From NCBI GenBank assembly GCA_963841915.1, contig CAWJEN010000005.1:288001-352000 (forward strand): 64,000 nucleotides of DNA, given 5' to 3'. Positions 20,261-29,861 of this stretch are shown here, piece by piece. The position numbers and the translations under genes were made by a program. The first letter of the stretch is position 1, and every line of letters begins with the position of its first letter. This stretch comes from an uncultured Planctomycetota bacterium (lineage in GTDB: Bacteria > Planctomycetota > Phycisphaerae > Tepidisphaerales > Tepidisphaeraceae). A model generated the notes under the pieces. It had not been told where the DNA came from, made no database searches, and worked only from the letters and a program-made list of their open reading frames with translations.

Positions 20261-21124
20261 TCAGTTCATGTCGAGCGCAGGCGAAACGTCGATCTTCGTG
20301 CCGGCCTCGACACCGACCGCCGCTGCGCGGTCCTTGTTGATCTCGATAACAAACTGGGCCGGGCCGTCGCTACGCAGGTCGTTGACTTCTCGTAGCGGCC
20401 TGCCCTGCTCGATATTAAGGACAACGCCGCTCGCGTCGAGAAAGATCAGGTCGAGCGGCAGATAAGTGTTCTGCATCCAGAAACTCTTCTGCGTCGGCCC
20501 ATCGAAAACAAAGATCATGCCCTCGTCCGGCGCCATTTCTCGCCTGTACATCAGGCCAGTCTGTTGCTCGTTGGCATCATCGGCGACCATGAGCGTGAAC
20601 GGCGTATCGTTCAACATGATCTCGGCAGTCGGCAGATTCTGCGGTTGAGGCCGCTCTGCGGGCGTGGCCGGCGTCGACTGCTGTGCCTGCGTAGAGGCGG
20701 CCGGAGCAAGGACGGGCGTCGCTGTTTCCTCGCCGCAACCGACGAGCAGGAAGACGAGCAACACCATCGCCGAGCGAAGCGCGTCGCGGCCGATGCGGTT
20801 TTTGAGGTGTTTGGTCAGTCGCATATCGAGCCAGGCAAAGACGAGCATGAGCACGGTCACAGGCAACAGCATCAACGTCGCGATCGGCAACAGGACGCCG
20901 GCCGTGCCGCCCTCTTCGAGGCCTTGGATGCGACTGATGACGAAGTAGAGCAGCAGTCCGGCGAGCGTGATTGTGACGCCGTTCAGGCGGCGAAGCCGGA
21001 CGCGGATGCGGTTGGCCCGCTCGCCCTCACGCTCTGCAAGCCTCGCCGCCGAGCCTGCGTGCAGCATGTACCACGCCCCGACGAGGCAGGCCGGCAACGC
21101 GAAGAGGGCGGCAGTGACGGACAC
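20261..21124 (-). CDS. DUF192-domain protein with N-terminal membrane extension
   Basis: GLMYR...GMIFVF...FWMQNTYLPLDLIF, FVIEIN. Confidence 0.8.
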   Translation of the reverse strand: MSVTAALFALPACLVGAWYMLHAGSAARLAEREGERANRIRVRLRRLNGVTITLAGLLLYFVISRIQGLEEGGTAGVLLPIATLMLLPVTVLMLVFAWLDMRLTKHLKNRIGRDALRSAMVLLVFLLVGCGEETATPVLAPAASTQAQQSTPATPAERPQPQNLPTAEIMLNDTPFTLMVADDANEQQTGLMYRREMAPDEGMIFVFDGPTQKSFWMQNTYLPLDLIFLDASGVVLNIEQGRPLREVNDLRSDGPAQFVIEINKDRAAAVGVEAGTKIDVSPALDMN

Positions 21125-21224
21125 GCTCTAGCCTAGAACGGCAACCTTTGCAACGGAGACCGCCGCAACGCCGGGTCGGCACAAGGCTGAAAAGAAGCCG
21201 TGATTCACGCCGTAACGTCGTGCG

Positions 21225-22151
21225 ATGACTGCCCCTGCGATGATGAATGAGCCTGCAACCGGCCCTGCCGCGGTGCTAGCCTTTGCGGCGGATATCAAGC
21301 TGAGCCACAGTGTTTTTGCCCTGCCGTTTGCCATGCTGTCGGCGACACTGGCGGCCTTGTCGCCGGCATCGGTGTTCGGCCAGACGTGGGGCTATGCGAG
21401 CTTTGGCCTCATTCTCGTCTGCATGGTTGCCGCCCGTACCGCGGCCATGGGTGCCAACCGCTACCTCGATGCTAATCTCGACGCGCAGAACCCGCGCACG
21501 CGTAGCCGCGCCATCCCGGCCGGACGCGTCAGCGGTCGCTTTGTGCTGACAACCACGCTCGCGTCTGGCGCGATCTTCCTGCTCGGTTGCGTCGGGTTCG
21601 GCGTCTTCTACGGCAACTGGTTGCCCGCGCTACTCGGGTTGCCGGTGCTGGCCTTCATCTGCGGCTATCCGCTGCTCAAGCGATTTTCGAGCCTTTGCCA
21701 CTATTACCTTGGTGCCGCTCTTGCACTCGCACCGATCTGCGCTTGGATCGCCGTCAGCGGGACATTGGCCGTCGAGCCGCTGCTCATGGCCGGCAGCGTC
21801 TTGTGCTGGACTGCCGGTTTCGACGTCATCTACGCGACGGCCGATCGCGACAGCGACATTGCCACCGGCGTCCACTCCATGCCGGCCCGGCTCGGCATCG
21901 CAAAGTCGCTTTACGTCAGTCGCGCGACGCATGTCGTCTCTGCTGCCCTGCTGGTCCTGCTCGGGTTCGCCTCGCCGCAGCTGGGCATGCTGTGGTTCCT
22001 CGCCGTCGCGGTAACAGTCGTTCTGCTCATCATCGAGCACATAATCGTGCGGCCAGACGATCTTTCACGCGTCGGCATGGCCTTCTTCACCGTCAACGGC
22101 ATCATCAGCCTGCTCCTCGGGACGGCAGGCATCGTCGATGCATTGACCTGA
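21225..22151 (+). CDS. UbiA-family prenyltransferase (MqnP/4-HB type)
   Basis: HSVFALPFA, NRYLD..LDAQNPRT..R, GFDVIYA..D..D. Confidence 0.85.
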   Translation: MTAPAMMNEPATGPAAVLAFAADIKLSHSVFALPFAMLSATLAALSPASVFGQTWGYASFGLILVCMVAARTAAMGANRYLDANLDAQNPRTRSRAIPAGRVSGRFVLTTTLASGAIFLLGCVGFGVFYGNWLPALLGLPVLAFICGYPLLKRFSSLCHYYLGAALALAPICAWIAVSGTLAVEPLLMAGSVLCWTAGFDVIYATADRDSDIATGVHSMPARLGIAKSLYVSRATHVVSAALLVLLGFASPQLGMLWFLAVAVTVVLLIIEHIIVRPDDLSRVGMAFFTVNGIISLLLGTAGIVDALT

Positions 22152-22154
22152 GAC

Positions 22155-23018
22155 TCAATCTTCCAGCAGGGCCGCTTCGTAGCCGTCTGCCGCCTCGTCG
22201 TCGGTGTATGGCCCCTTGGCCAGGCCGTGCACGAACTGCCGAACGCGCGGGTCGTCGCTATCGCGGAACTCGTCCTTCGAGCCTTCGGCCACGAAGCGAC
22301 CTTTGTCAAGCAACACCATGCGGTCGGCGATGCGGAACGCGCTGTCCATCTCGTGCGTGACGACGACGCTCGTAACGCCGAGCAGGCGGTTGAGGTTGCA
22401 GATGAGTTCGTCGACCTGCACGCTCGTGATCGGGTCGAGGCCTGCACTCGGCTCGTCGTAGAACAAGATGTCGGGGTCGAGCGAAAGCGCCCGTGCCAGG
22501 CCGGCCCGCTTCTTCATGCCGCCGCTGATTTCACCCGGCAGGCGGTCGGATGCGTGGCGGATGCTGACCTGCTCGAGCTTCATTTTGACGCTGATCGCGA
22601 TCGTCTCCGGGTCCAGGTCGGCGTGCATACGCATCGGCAACGCGACATTGTCGGCCACCGTCATGCTGTTGAACAATGCCCCGCTCTGGAACAACACGCC
22701 GATCGTGCGGCGGTAGTTTTCGAGCTGCTCGTCGCTCATGGCACACACGTTGACCGGCCCACCGAGCTTTGCCGGCAGGTTGATGATGACGCGCCCACCG
22801 GTCGCCCGTAGCCCGCCCGTCATGCAGCGGAGCAGCGTGCTCTTACCGCTACCTGACCCGCCGAGAATGACAAGCACCTCGCCGCGACGCACGTCAAGAT
22901 TCACATCTTCCAGCACCGTTGTGTCGCCGAACGTCTTGGACAGCCCTTCGACGCGGATGATGACATCCTCGGGCAGCTTGTCCTCGACGTTCCCGCAGCG
23001 CTTGTGACGTCGAAGCAT
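22155..23018 (-). CDS. ABC transporter ATPase, MlaF/Ttg2A-like
   Basis: GGSGSGKST, FQSGALF, ISGGMKKR, YDEPSAGLDP, VTHE. Confidence 0.9.
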   Translation of the reverse strand: MLRRHKRCGNVEDKLPEDVIIRVEGLSKTFGDTTVLEDVNLDVRRGEVLVILGGSGSGKSTLLRCMTGGLRATGGRVIINLPAKLGGPVNVCAMSDEQLENYRRTIGVLFQSGALFNSMTVADNVALPMRMHADLDPETIAISVKMKLEQVSIRHASDRLPGEISGGMKKRAGLARALSLDPDILFYDEPSAGLDPITSVQVDELICNLNRLLGVTSVVVTHEMDSAFRIADRMVLLDKGRFVAEGSKDEFRDSDDPRVRQFVHGLAKGPYTDDEAADGYEAALLED

Positions 23019-23027
23019 GACAAGAGT

Positions 23028-23258
23028 CTATTGCGACACGCAAGGCCCACCAGGCACACCACATCGGCCGCACATCGGTGCGTCAGGCGACGCCTCGAAC
23101 GGGCGACCGCCGGTGCCGACTTGTACCTTCGAGAGGCCACGCTGCGTCTGCGAGCTGCCGCAGTGCGGACAGTCGGCTGCGACGTGCTTCGGCATCGAGC
23201 GGAAGAACTTGTCGAACGTCTTGCCGCAGGAACGGCAGGTGAAGTCGTGAATCGGCAT
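23028..23258 (-). CDS. FmdB-family zinc-ribbon protein
   Basis: MPI.DF.CRSCG...CPHCGS plus C-terminal CGRC..C. Confidence 0.85.
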   Translation of the reverse strand: MPIHDFTCRSCGKTFDKFFRSMPKHVAADCPHCGSSQTQRGLSKVQVGTGGRPFEASPDAPMCGRCGVPGGPCVSQ

Positions 23259-23275
23259 GAGCTTGCTTGTTCGAA

Positions 23276-26092
23276 TCAGCGCCTGGCGAAGATCGATTCT
23301 TCCTCAGCCTCGATGTCAAAGAAGCTTCGATCGCCGGTGAGCACGCTCGTCGGCGACTCGAACGGTGTCGGTACGGCGAACGTGCCCGAGGTCGCAGGCA
23401 GCTCGTCAACGATGACGTTGTCACCGAACGGCACCGTTCGTTGGCTGCCCACACGGCCTCCAAAATCGCCCGCTGGGCCATTGTTGAGGTTGGTCCCGAA
23501 GTCACGCCGCAAGATGGCGAAGTCGAGAAGGTTGACCCACCCGTCGCCGTTGAAGTCACCACCGGCTTGAGTCTGAGCGCTGTTCATGTTGCCACGCAGG
23601 ATGGCAAAGTCGCTGAGGTTCACCGTGCCGTCACCGTTGGCATCGGCCGGGTTGTACCCAATCTCTGCAAATCCCGGCACATTTCGGCCACGCGTCAGCG
23701 ACGGAGCGACGTAGCCATTTCCGGCGACGTCGGCAGCGCCACCTTCGACGGGATAGACACGCCAGTGCCCCGCCGGCAAGCGCAGGCGGTCGGCGGCGGC
23801 GAATTGCACCTGCGTGTTGCCACCGGCCAACGTCGTCACCGACAACAGCTCGGCAGAGGCCGTCAAGCCGTCGTCACGAACCAGCACGAAGTCGCTCGCC
23901 GTCAACGGACCGACTGTTTCGTCGAAAGTCAGGGTCGCACCGACGAATGCGGTCATGGTTCCCTCGGCTGACAGCAGCTCGGGCGCGGCAGTGTCGGTCG
24001 ACCATGCGGCCAGTGCAGCGGCGTGGGCGATGTTGCCCTCTTCAGTGGCCCAATCGAGGGCCGTCCGACCCGTCGCATCAACCTTGTTCACATCGGCACC
24101 GAGCGACAGCAGCATCGGCACGTTGTACGACTGGTGCTGGACCGTATCGGTCACGGCGAGACGCGGCGTCGTTGAAGCCCAATGCAAAGCCGTCCGACCG
24201 AGATCGTCTTTGGCGTGCAAGTCTGCGCCTCGCAGCACGTACTGCTCGACCCGGTCCGCCGCCGCCTGCGGATCCACAAGGACGTACTGGCCTTGGAACG
24301 CGTAATACAGGCCCGACATCTGCGTCGCCGACGCGACCATGAGCGGCGTCATACCGATCATGTCCTGGCGGTTGTAATCGAGGTTGAGCCGATCGGCGAC
24401 GTCGTAGACGTACGACATCGCGGTCGGCACGTCACCGATCATGACAGCACCTGCACCATGCAGCAGGCCACGGTTGGTCTCTCCCCAGACGAGGCTGGCC
24501 CGCTGATCAGAAATCTCATTCTGGATGCCCTCGATCCAGCCAACGGCGAGTACTTCGTGGAAGTAGCTCAAACGCTGCACGCCACGCGGCACGGCGACCG
24601 CCAGTGAGCGGCGGGCCGTCGTGGCTGTTTGTGCATCGTCGATCGTGTCGCTCTCCGCTGTCGACAGCGTCAGCATCGACCGGGCCGGTAGGGTCAATGT
24701 TACCGAGGAACCGTCGGGAGCAACCGTCAGCGGCACCTCGCCCGTGCCGGCGGCGTCGGCGCGACGCGTCCAGACGTCAGCGTTGTAGCCGTCGCTCTCG
24801 AGGCTCAGAAACGCCTTCCAGTTCGCCGCGGCACCGGGGCCGTCGTCGGTCGTGAAGTTAATGGTCACCTCGCGGCTGCCTGACGAGCGATTGGACAGCA
24901 CTGCGCCATAGTCACCATCGGGTGTGACGAAGCCGACACCGCGGCCGTAGCCGTTGTCGCTGCCGCGGCTGTTTTCAAGGCGAGTCTCGAGGATGTGACT
25001 GCCGGGCCTGATCCAGCGGGCGATGTGCTTCGTCGCGGCGTAGGTGCCGGTCTTGAACAAGCCGTCGTTGTTCCGCAGGTACCACGAGCTGCCGCCGTTA
25101 CCGTCGCTCTGCCAGACGATGTGCGAGCTGAGGCCGCCGCGCTCGAGGTACTCGATGGCCTCTTCGAGGAATGTCAGGCCGCCGGACATCGAGCTTGTGC
25201 CCTTACCGGCTGATTCGGTGCTCCAGACCTGTCGGTCCGTCTGCTTGGCCACGTCTTCCCAAACGTTGCCGTCATAGGCGTTGCTCCAGTGCGTGCCCCA
25301 CACCAGGCCCTCAGGCAGATCCCGGTTGCGGCGGGCGTAGGCGTCTTGCAGCGCATCGCTCCAAACCTCGAACCGGCGGTTAAAGTTCAAGTCCTCGGCC
25401 ACCATCAGCTTCGTCTCGCTCAACCCGACCGAGTCGAAGTGATCACGCACGGTGACGAAGGTCTCTGCGAGCTGGAAGGGCGAGTAGAGAGAGTTGCCGT
25501 AGGGCTCGGTGAGCAGCGGCTCGTTCTGCAGCGACACGACATCGATGGTCACGCCGAACTCACGCTGCGAGGCGATGACATACTCGGCGAGGTACTCGGC
25601 GAACTCGCCACGCATCTCTGGCCGCAGGTGCCCACCACCGCCGTGCGAGTCGAAGTTGGTCTTCATCCAGAAAGGCGGCGACCAGACCGAGGCCAGCACC
25701 GTGTGATCGACACGCTTTTCGAGCTCCTGCACATACTCCATCGACGTCGCCAGCTCTCGCGTCTGGAAGCCGTCGACGTTGGCCACGTTTGGGTCGTCGT
25801 TGTCGTTGTACCGCTCGAAGTCCTGCGGCACGGGCACGCGCACGACCGTCGCGCCGAGGTCGTTGGCGATATCGTTATAAAACTCCGGATCGGCGTACGA
25901 CTCGACGGAGTACCAGTCGATCATCGAGGAGCCGAAACCGACAATCTCCTGATTAAGATCGCTGGCGTTGATGTTGACCTCGAAGACCGGCAGGTCGCCG
26001 TTGAGCAGGCGGCGGGGCTCGAGCGTTTCAAAACGTGAATTGACAATCACAAGTGCTTTCAAAAGGTGTTGGTGCGGCGGCCGCGTTGGCAC
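23276..26092 (-). CDS. Secreted GH30-like glycoside hydrolase with ankyrin repeats and dockerin-like domain
   Basis: LEPRRLL; GFGSS, WSPP.WMK, QNEP, WSTE; GMTPLM/GRTALHW/GRTALDW; DANGDGTVNLSDF and GDFNGDGWVNLLDF. Confidence 0.8.
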   Translation of the reverse strand: MPTRPPHQHLLKALVIVNSRFETLEPRRLLNGDLPVFEVNINASDLNQEIVGFGSSMIDWYSVESYADPEFYNDIANDLGATVVRVPVPQDFERYNDNDDPNVANVDGFQTRELATSMEYVQELEKRVDHTVLASVWSPPFWMKTNFDSHGGGGHLRPEMRGEFAEYLAEYVIASQREFGVTIDVVSLQNEPLLTEPYGNSLYSPFQLAETFVTVRDHFDSVGLSETKLMVAEDLNFNRRFEVWSDALQDAYARRNRDLPEGLVWGTHWSNAYDGNVWEDVAKQTDRQVWSTESAGKGTSSMSGGLTFLEEAIEYLERGGLSSHIVWQSDGNGGSSWYLRNNDGLFKTGTYAATKHIARWIRPGSHILETRLENSRGSDNGYGRGVGFVTPDGDYGAVLSNRSSGSREVTINFTTDDGPGAAANWKAFLSLESDGYNADVWTRRADAAGTGEVPLTVAPDGSSVTLTLPARSMLTLSTAESDTIDDAQTATTARRSLAVAVPRGVQRLSYFHEVLAVGWIEGIQNEISDQRASLVWGETNRGLLHGAGAVMIGDVPTAMSYVYDVADRLNLDYNRQDMIGMTPLMVASATQMSGLYYAFQGQYVLVDPQAAADRVEQYVLRGADLHAKDDLGRTALHWASTTPRLAVTDTVQHQSYNVPMLLSLGADVNKVDATGRTALDWATEEGNIAHAAALAAWSTDTAAPELLSAEGTMTAFVGATLTFDETVGPLTASDFVLVRDDGLTASAELLSVTTLAGGNTQVQFAAADRLRLPAGHWRVYPVEGGAADVAGNGYVAPSLTRGRNVPGFAEIGYNPADANGDGTVNLSDFAILRGNMNSAQTQAGGDFNGDGWVNLLDFAILRRDFGTNLNNGPAGDFGGRVGSQRTVPFGDNVIVDELPATSGTFAVPTPFESPTSVLTGDRSFFDIEAEEESIFARR

Positions 26093-26171
26093 ACGCGGAC
26101 CCGTACATCTATGAACGAGGCTACCGCCCCCACGGTTTCCCCGAACTACAATTTTATCAGCATTCTCCGTC

Positions 26172-26402
26172 TCAAGTCAACGCATCGACGAAGAAGTAAA
26201 GCCCCACTGCTGCGGCAGAAAGGCCGAGTAGCAGGTAGCCGGCCAGTTTGGCGGCGTCGAGTGCAGCGGCGGCGGGTGTCGCCGATTTGGTCGCCTTGTA
26301 CGCGACAGCAATGCCCACCAGCAGCGGAATGATCAGAAACTGCCACGCGTCCCACATCGGGGCGGCAGTGACAAAGGGCACCCACGCGAGCGAACCCGTC
26401 AT
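26172..26402 (-). CDS. Small membrane protein
   Basis: Two TM segments, IAVAYKATK; ATGA overlap with the upstream gene. Confidence 0.65.
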   Translation of the reverse strand: MTGSLAWVPFVTAAPMWDAWQFLIIPLLVGIAVAYKATKSATPAAAALDAAKLAGYLLLGLSAAAVGLYFFVDALT

Positions 26403-26872
26403 GGCCGCCCACCCTTGGACCGGGCGCTGGCGTCGAGGATGAGCACGAGGTTGAGCATGCCGGCCGTTGCGCAGTAGAGCGTGCCGATGTCGGCAAGGCG
26501 TGCGGTCGGTTTCGGGTAGCCGTTGGCCGCAGCCTGGACCCCGGCAAAGCCGCTGACAAAGGCAATCGGGCCGCCGAGCGACTGGGCGACGAACCACGGG
26601 CGACTGACGAGGCTACCGACGGGGTTCGACGTCAGCGCCCATCTGCCGTCGCGTGTCGCAGAACGTTGGCCGTCGGCGTAGCCGGGAAGATCGACCACCC
26701 GCACGCCGCCGATGAGCAGCCCGGCAATGAACAGCGCGATGACGGCAGAGCCACCCATGATGCCACGCCATTTGTCACCGCCCAGCCAATAGCCAAGGCC
26801 CGGCAATGCCCAACCGGCCGCGGCAACCAGCCACGTCGGCGTCGGCTCAGGTTCGTCGTGAAAAGCGGCCAT
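26399..26872 (-). CDS. Membrane protein, DUF6677-like
   Basis: W.LPGLG.W, GTLY...AGMLN...DA. Confidence 0.65.
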   Translation of the reverse strand: MAAFHDEPEPTPTWLVAAAGWALPGLGYWLGGDKWRGIMGGSAVIALFIAGLLIGGVRVVDLPGYADGQRSATRDGRWALTSNPVGSLVSRPWFVAQSLGGPIAFVSGFAGVQAAANGYPKPTARLADIGTLYCATAGMLNLVLILDASARSKGGRP

Positions 26873-26887
26873 GCAAGCTAAACCGGC

Positions 26888-27238
26888 TCAGGCCGACGCG
26901 GCCTCGGCCTCGGGGGCGGCTTCGGTGAGAATCTCGACGTGCGAGTACTCGTCGAGGTTGAACGTAAAGATTTCGCCGTCGCTCTTCTTCAGCACAAGTC
27001 GATCAAGCCACAGCTTGTCACCGCGGCTGTGGGCGTACCACGAGCCGGTCTGCTTCTGCTCATAGCTAAGGACAGTGCCGACATGTTCCGTCCCCCACGC
27101 GTAGTCGCGGGCGGCAATCTGTTGAACCACTCGGACCGTCGCACCGGCCCGCAGGCGGGTGCGGATCGTCGGATCCATCACGGGACGCAAGCCCGTCACG
27201 GCGGAAGGACTCGAAGACGTATCGGCGGTATCTGCCAT
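26888..27238 (-). CDS. Hypothetical protein
   Basis: Globular-looking ORF containing TGSWYAHSRGDKLWLDRL; start uncertain. Confidence 0.65.
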   Translation of the reverse strand: MADTADTSSSPSAVTGLRPVMDPTIRTRLRAGATVRVVQQIAARDYAWGTEHVGTVLSYEQKQTGSWYAHSRGDKLWLDRLVLKKSDGEIFTFNLDEYSHVEILTEAAPEAEAASA

Positions 27239-27342
27239 CGGGACGAGCAGCGTAGCAGCCTCGCGACCGCCACGCACATCCATCCTGATCATCCACCACC
27301 AATCCGGGCCCACGTCAACCCGATGTTACGCGCAAAGCTACT

Positions 27343-28929
27343 TCAGTGGCTCGGTCTCGATTCGATGAGTCGCACCCTCAAACCGACGCCACGCACGACA
27401 GCGAAGTAGCTCCCACCCCCGATCATCATAAAGGCCAGCAACCGCCCCACCGACGGCTCCCATGCCCGAAGTGGCAGGCACACCAGCACCATCACCGTCG
27501 TCGCCAGCAACATCACCCCGATCGGCCGCACGCTTTGCCTAAGCCCGAGTCCGCCGATGCGTCGGCTCAGCAACCACGTCATGACGATCGCCTGGATGCT
27601 GAAACTCATGAGCGTGCCAACGGCCAGACCGACCTCGCCCCAAGGCCGCGGCAGCAGCCAGATCAACGGCAGCTCGACAGCCAAATTGATTGCCAGATTC
27701 ACGCCCGCCCACACCAACGGCACGCGTGTCTCCTGCAGCGCGTAGTAGGCCCGGTTGAGAATCTGCTGGACGCTGAACGCCCAGATTGCAGCCGCATAGA
27801 TGGTCACGCTCATCGCCACCAGCCGCGTGTCGTCGGGCGTAAAGCGGCCACGCTCGAAAAGCACCTTGGTCGCATCGAGGCTCACCAGGACAAGGCCAGC
27901 ACTGGCGGGCAGGCCGATGTAGAGGGCCGTTTCGATGCCGCGTCGTACGCCGTCGCGGAACACGTCGTTGCGACCCGCACCTGCGGATGCGACGCGCGAC
28001 AGCGTCGGGAAAATGGCCGTCGCCAGAGCGATGGCAAAGACGCCGAGCGGGAACTGGTAGAGAAATTGCGCCCAATTCAGCCGTGCCGCCGCGCCCGTGG
28101 CCAGAGGCGTCCACGTGCTCAACGTCGCACCGTCAGCGGCGGCAAGAAAGAAGGCGATGCTCTTGTCGAGCAGCACGCTGATCTGCAGCACCGCTGCCGA
28201 CAAGGCGACGGGAATGCCGAGCATCACCATCTGCCGCGTCAGCGAAGATCGCACGCCGGCCGACGGCAGAAACTGAAACCCGCCCGCCTTGAGGCCCGGC
28301 AGCAGCAACGCCACCTGCAACACGCCGCTGACCAGCACCGCGACGGCGACAACGACGGTCGCCTGAGCCCGGCCTGCTTCGCCCGAAAGGTCGATGACCC
28401 ACCAGACGCCGCCGATCGCCAGGAGCAGGCAGACGTTGAGCAGGACACTCGCCGCCGCCGGTGCGGCAAATCGGCCGTGAACGTTGAGGATGCCGCCCAG
28501 GAACGCTGCCCCGCAGATGAGCACGACGTACGGCAGCATGATCATCGTCAGCACAGCCGCCAACCGGTAGTCGAATCGCTCGACGCCGATCAGCAACCAC
28601 GCCGCCAACGCCACCTCGCCGACGAGCACGATGACGGCCAGCACCGTGACGAGCAGGTTGACGCCCTGGGCCGCGAATCGTTCTGCGTTCGGGTCGCGTG
28701 CCTCGGTCAGCCGTGCGTAGATCGGAATGAACGCCGCCGAAATCGCCCCTTCGCCGAAGAGCTTGCGGAAGAGGTTCGGGATCGTGAAGGCCAGCGTGAA
28801 GGCCGACCAGACCGGCCCGGCACCGAACGCCGCGGCGGCGACGACTTCGCGGGCCATGCCCAGAATCCGGCTGCCGAACGTGATCGCCCCGATGACCTTG
28901 GCGTCACTGACAAAGGAGCGCGGCACCAC
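27343..28929 (-). CDS. murJ: Lipid II flippase MurJ (MviN)
   Basis: SRILGMARE, AFTIPNLFRKLFGEGA, QFPLGVF, LFERG.F; start re-picked just after the ctaB stop. Confidence 0.93.
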   Translation of the reverse strand: MVPRSFVSDAKVIGAITFGSRILGMAREVVAAAAFGAGPVWSAFTLAFTIPNLFRKLFGEGAISAAFIPIYARLTEARDPNAERFAAQGVNLLVTVLAVIVLVGEVALAAWLLIGVERFDYRLAAVLTMIMLPYVVLICGAAFLGGILNVHGRFAAPAAASVLLNVCLLLAIGGVWWVIDLSGEAGRAQATVVVAVAVLVSGVLQVALLLPGLKAGGFQFLPSAGVRSSLTRQMVMLGIPVALSAAVLQISVLLDKSIAFFLAAADGATLSTWTPLATGAAARLNWAQFLYQFPLGVFAIALATAIFPTLSRVASAGAGRNDVFRDGVRRGIETALYIGLPASAGLVLVSLDATKVLFERGRFTPDDTRLVAMSVTIYAAAIWAFSVQQILNRAYYALQETRVPLVWAGVNLAINLAVELPLIWLLPRPWGEVGLAVGTLMSFSIQAIVMTWLLSRRIGGLGLRQSVRPIGVMLLATTVMVLVCLPLRAWEPSVGRLLAFMMIGGGSYFAVVRGVGLRVRLIESRPSH

Positions 28930-28946
28930 CGGTTGTAGGGCCGGCG

Positions 28947-29861
28947 CTACGTCAAGCGGTCGATCACGAGCACGAGCAGCACGGCCGGCAGGTACGTGAT
29001 CGACACGAGGAACAATCGCCTCGCCGCCGACCGTTCGCCAGATTTGGCCATGCCGATCGCGGCCCACAGGTACCACACGCCCAAAGCCACCGCCGCCACG
29101 CCGTACAACCAGCCTGCTACGGGCGTCAGCGTCGGCACGAGCGACAGCGGAATAAGTGCAGCACACCAGCCGACGACCTGCCGGGCCGTCCGCCGCGTGC
29201 CGTCGGGTTCGCTCGGCAGCATGCGGAATCCGCCGGCGGCGTAATCGTCCTTGAATAGCGTCGCCAGGCCGAAGAAGTGCGGCATCTGCCACGCGAAGAG
29301 CAGCCCAAAGAGCCCGACGGCCAACAGGTCGATCCGCCCCGTCGCCGCCGCCACACCGATGGCGGGCGGTATCGCACCGGGCACTGCTCCGACAATCGTG
29401 CACCAAGGCGTCCGCGTCTTGAGCGGCGTGTAGATCGCCACGTAGCTCACGATCGTTGCCAGTGACAAGCCGGCTGCCAGACCGTTGACGAACAGCGCCA
29501 GGTACGCCACGCCCAGGACGCAAAGCACGACGCCGAGGGCGAGTGCGAACCCGGGCGTCAAGGTCTTTGTCGGCAACGGTCGGCCACGCGTGCGTTTCAT
29601 GCGGCCGTCGGCAATGCGCTCGACGTGCTGGTTCAACACGCCCGCGCCCGCCGCCGACAAGGCCGTGCCCAGCAGCGTGTGGGCCAGCAACGGCAAGTCT
29701 CTGAACCCGGCCGCGGCGAGATAGCCCACGAGGGTCGTGATAAGGACCAGCAGATTCAGCCGCGGCTTTGTCAACTCGTAGACCGCCGCCAGCTTGTCCG
29801 TCTTCGACGCGCCCGACAACTCATGCCCCACGTCGGCAGTCAGGGCAGAAGGTCGGCTCAC
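28947..29861 (-). CDS. ctaB: Protoheme IX farnesyltransferase (heme o synthase)
   Basis: LTKPR, NQ..E..D..M.RT..RPLP, YTPLK, WQMPHF, DYA.GG. Confidence 0.93.
   Translation of the reverse strand: MSRPSALTADVGHELSGASKTDKLAAVYELTKPRLNLLVLITTLVGYLAAAGFRDLPLLAHTLLGTALSAAGAGVLNQHVERIADGRMKRTRGRPLPTKTLTPGFALALGVVLCVLGVAYLALFVNGLAAGLSLATIVSYVAIYTPLKTRTPWCTIVGAVPGAIPPAIGVAAATGRIDLLAVGLFGLLFAWQMPHFFGLATLFKDDYAAGGFRMLPSEPDGTRRTARQVVGWCAALIPLSLVPTLTPVAGWLYGVAAVALGVWYLWAAIGMAKSGERSAARRLFLVSITYLPAVLLVLVIDRLT

Noticed and set aside
28930..29523. N-terminal extension of murJ in the ORF track (similar extensions for ctaB, ispA, lpdA and GT9)
   Set aside because: Extensions overlap upstream genes and read as nonsense; downstream starts, several with 4-bp stop/start overlaps, fit better.
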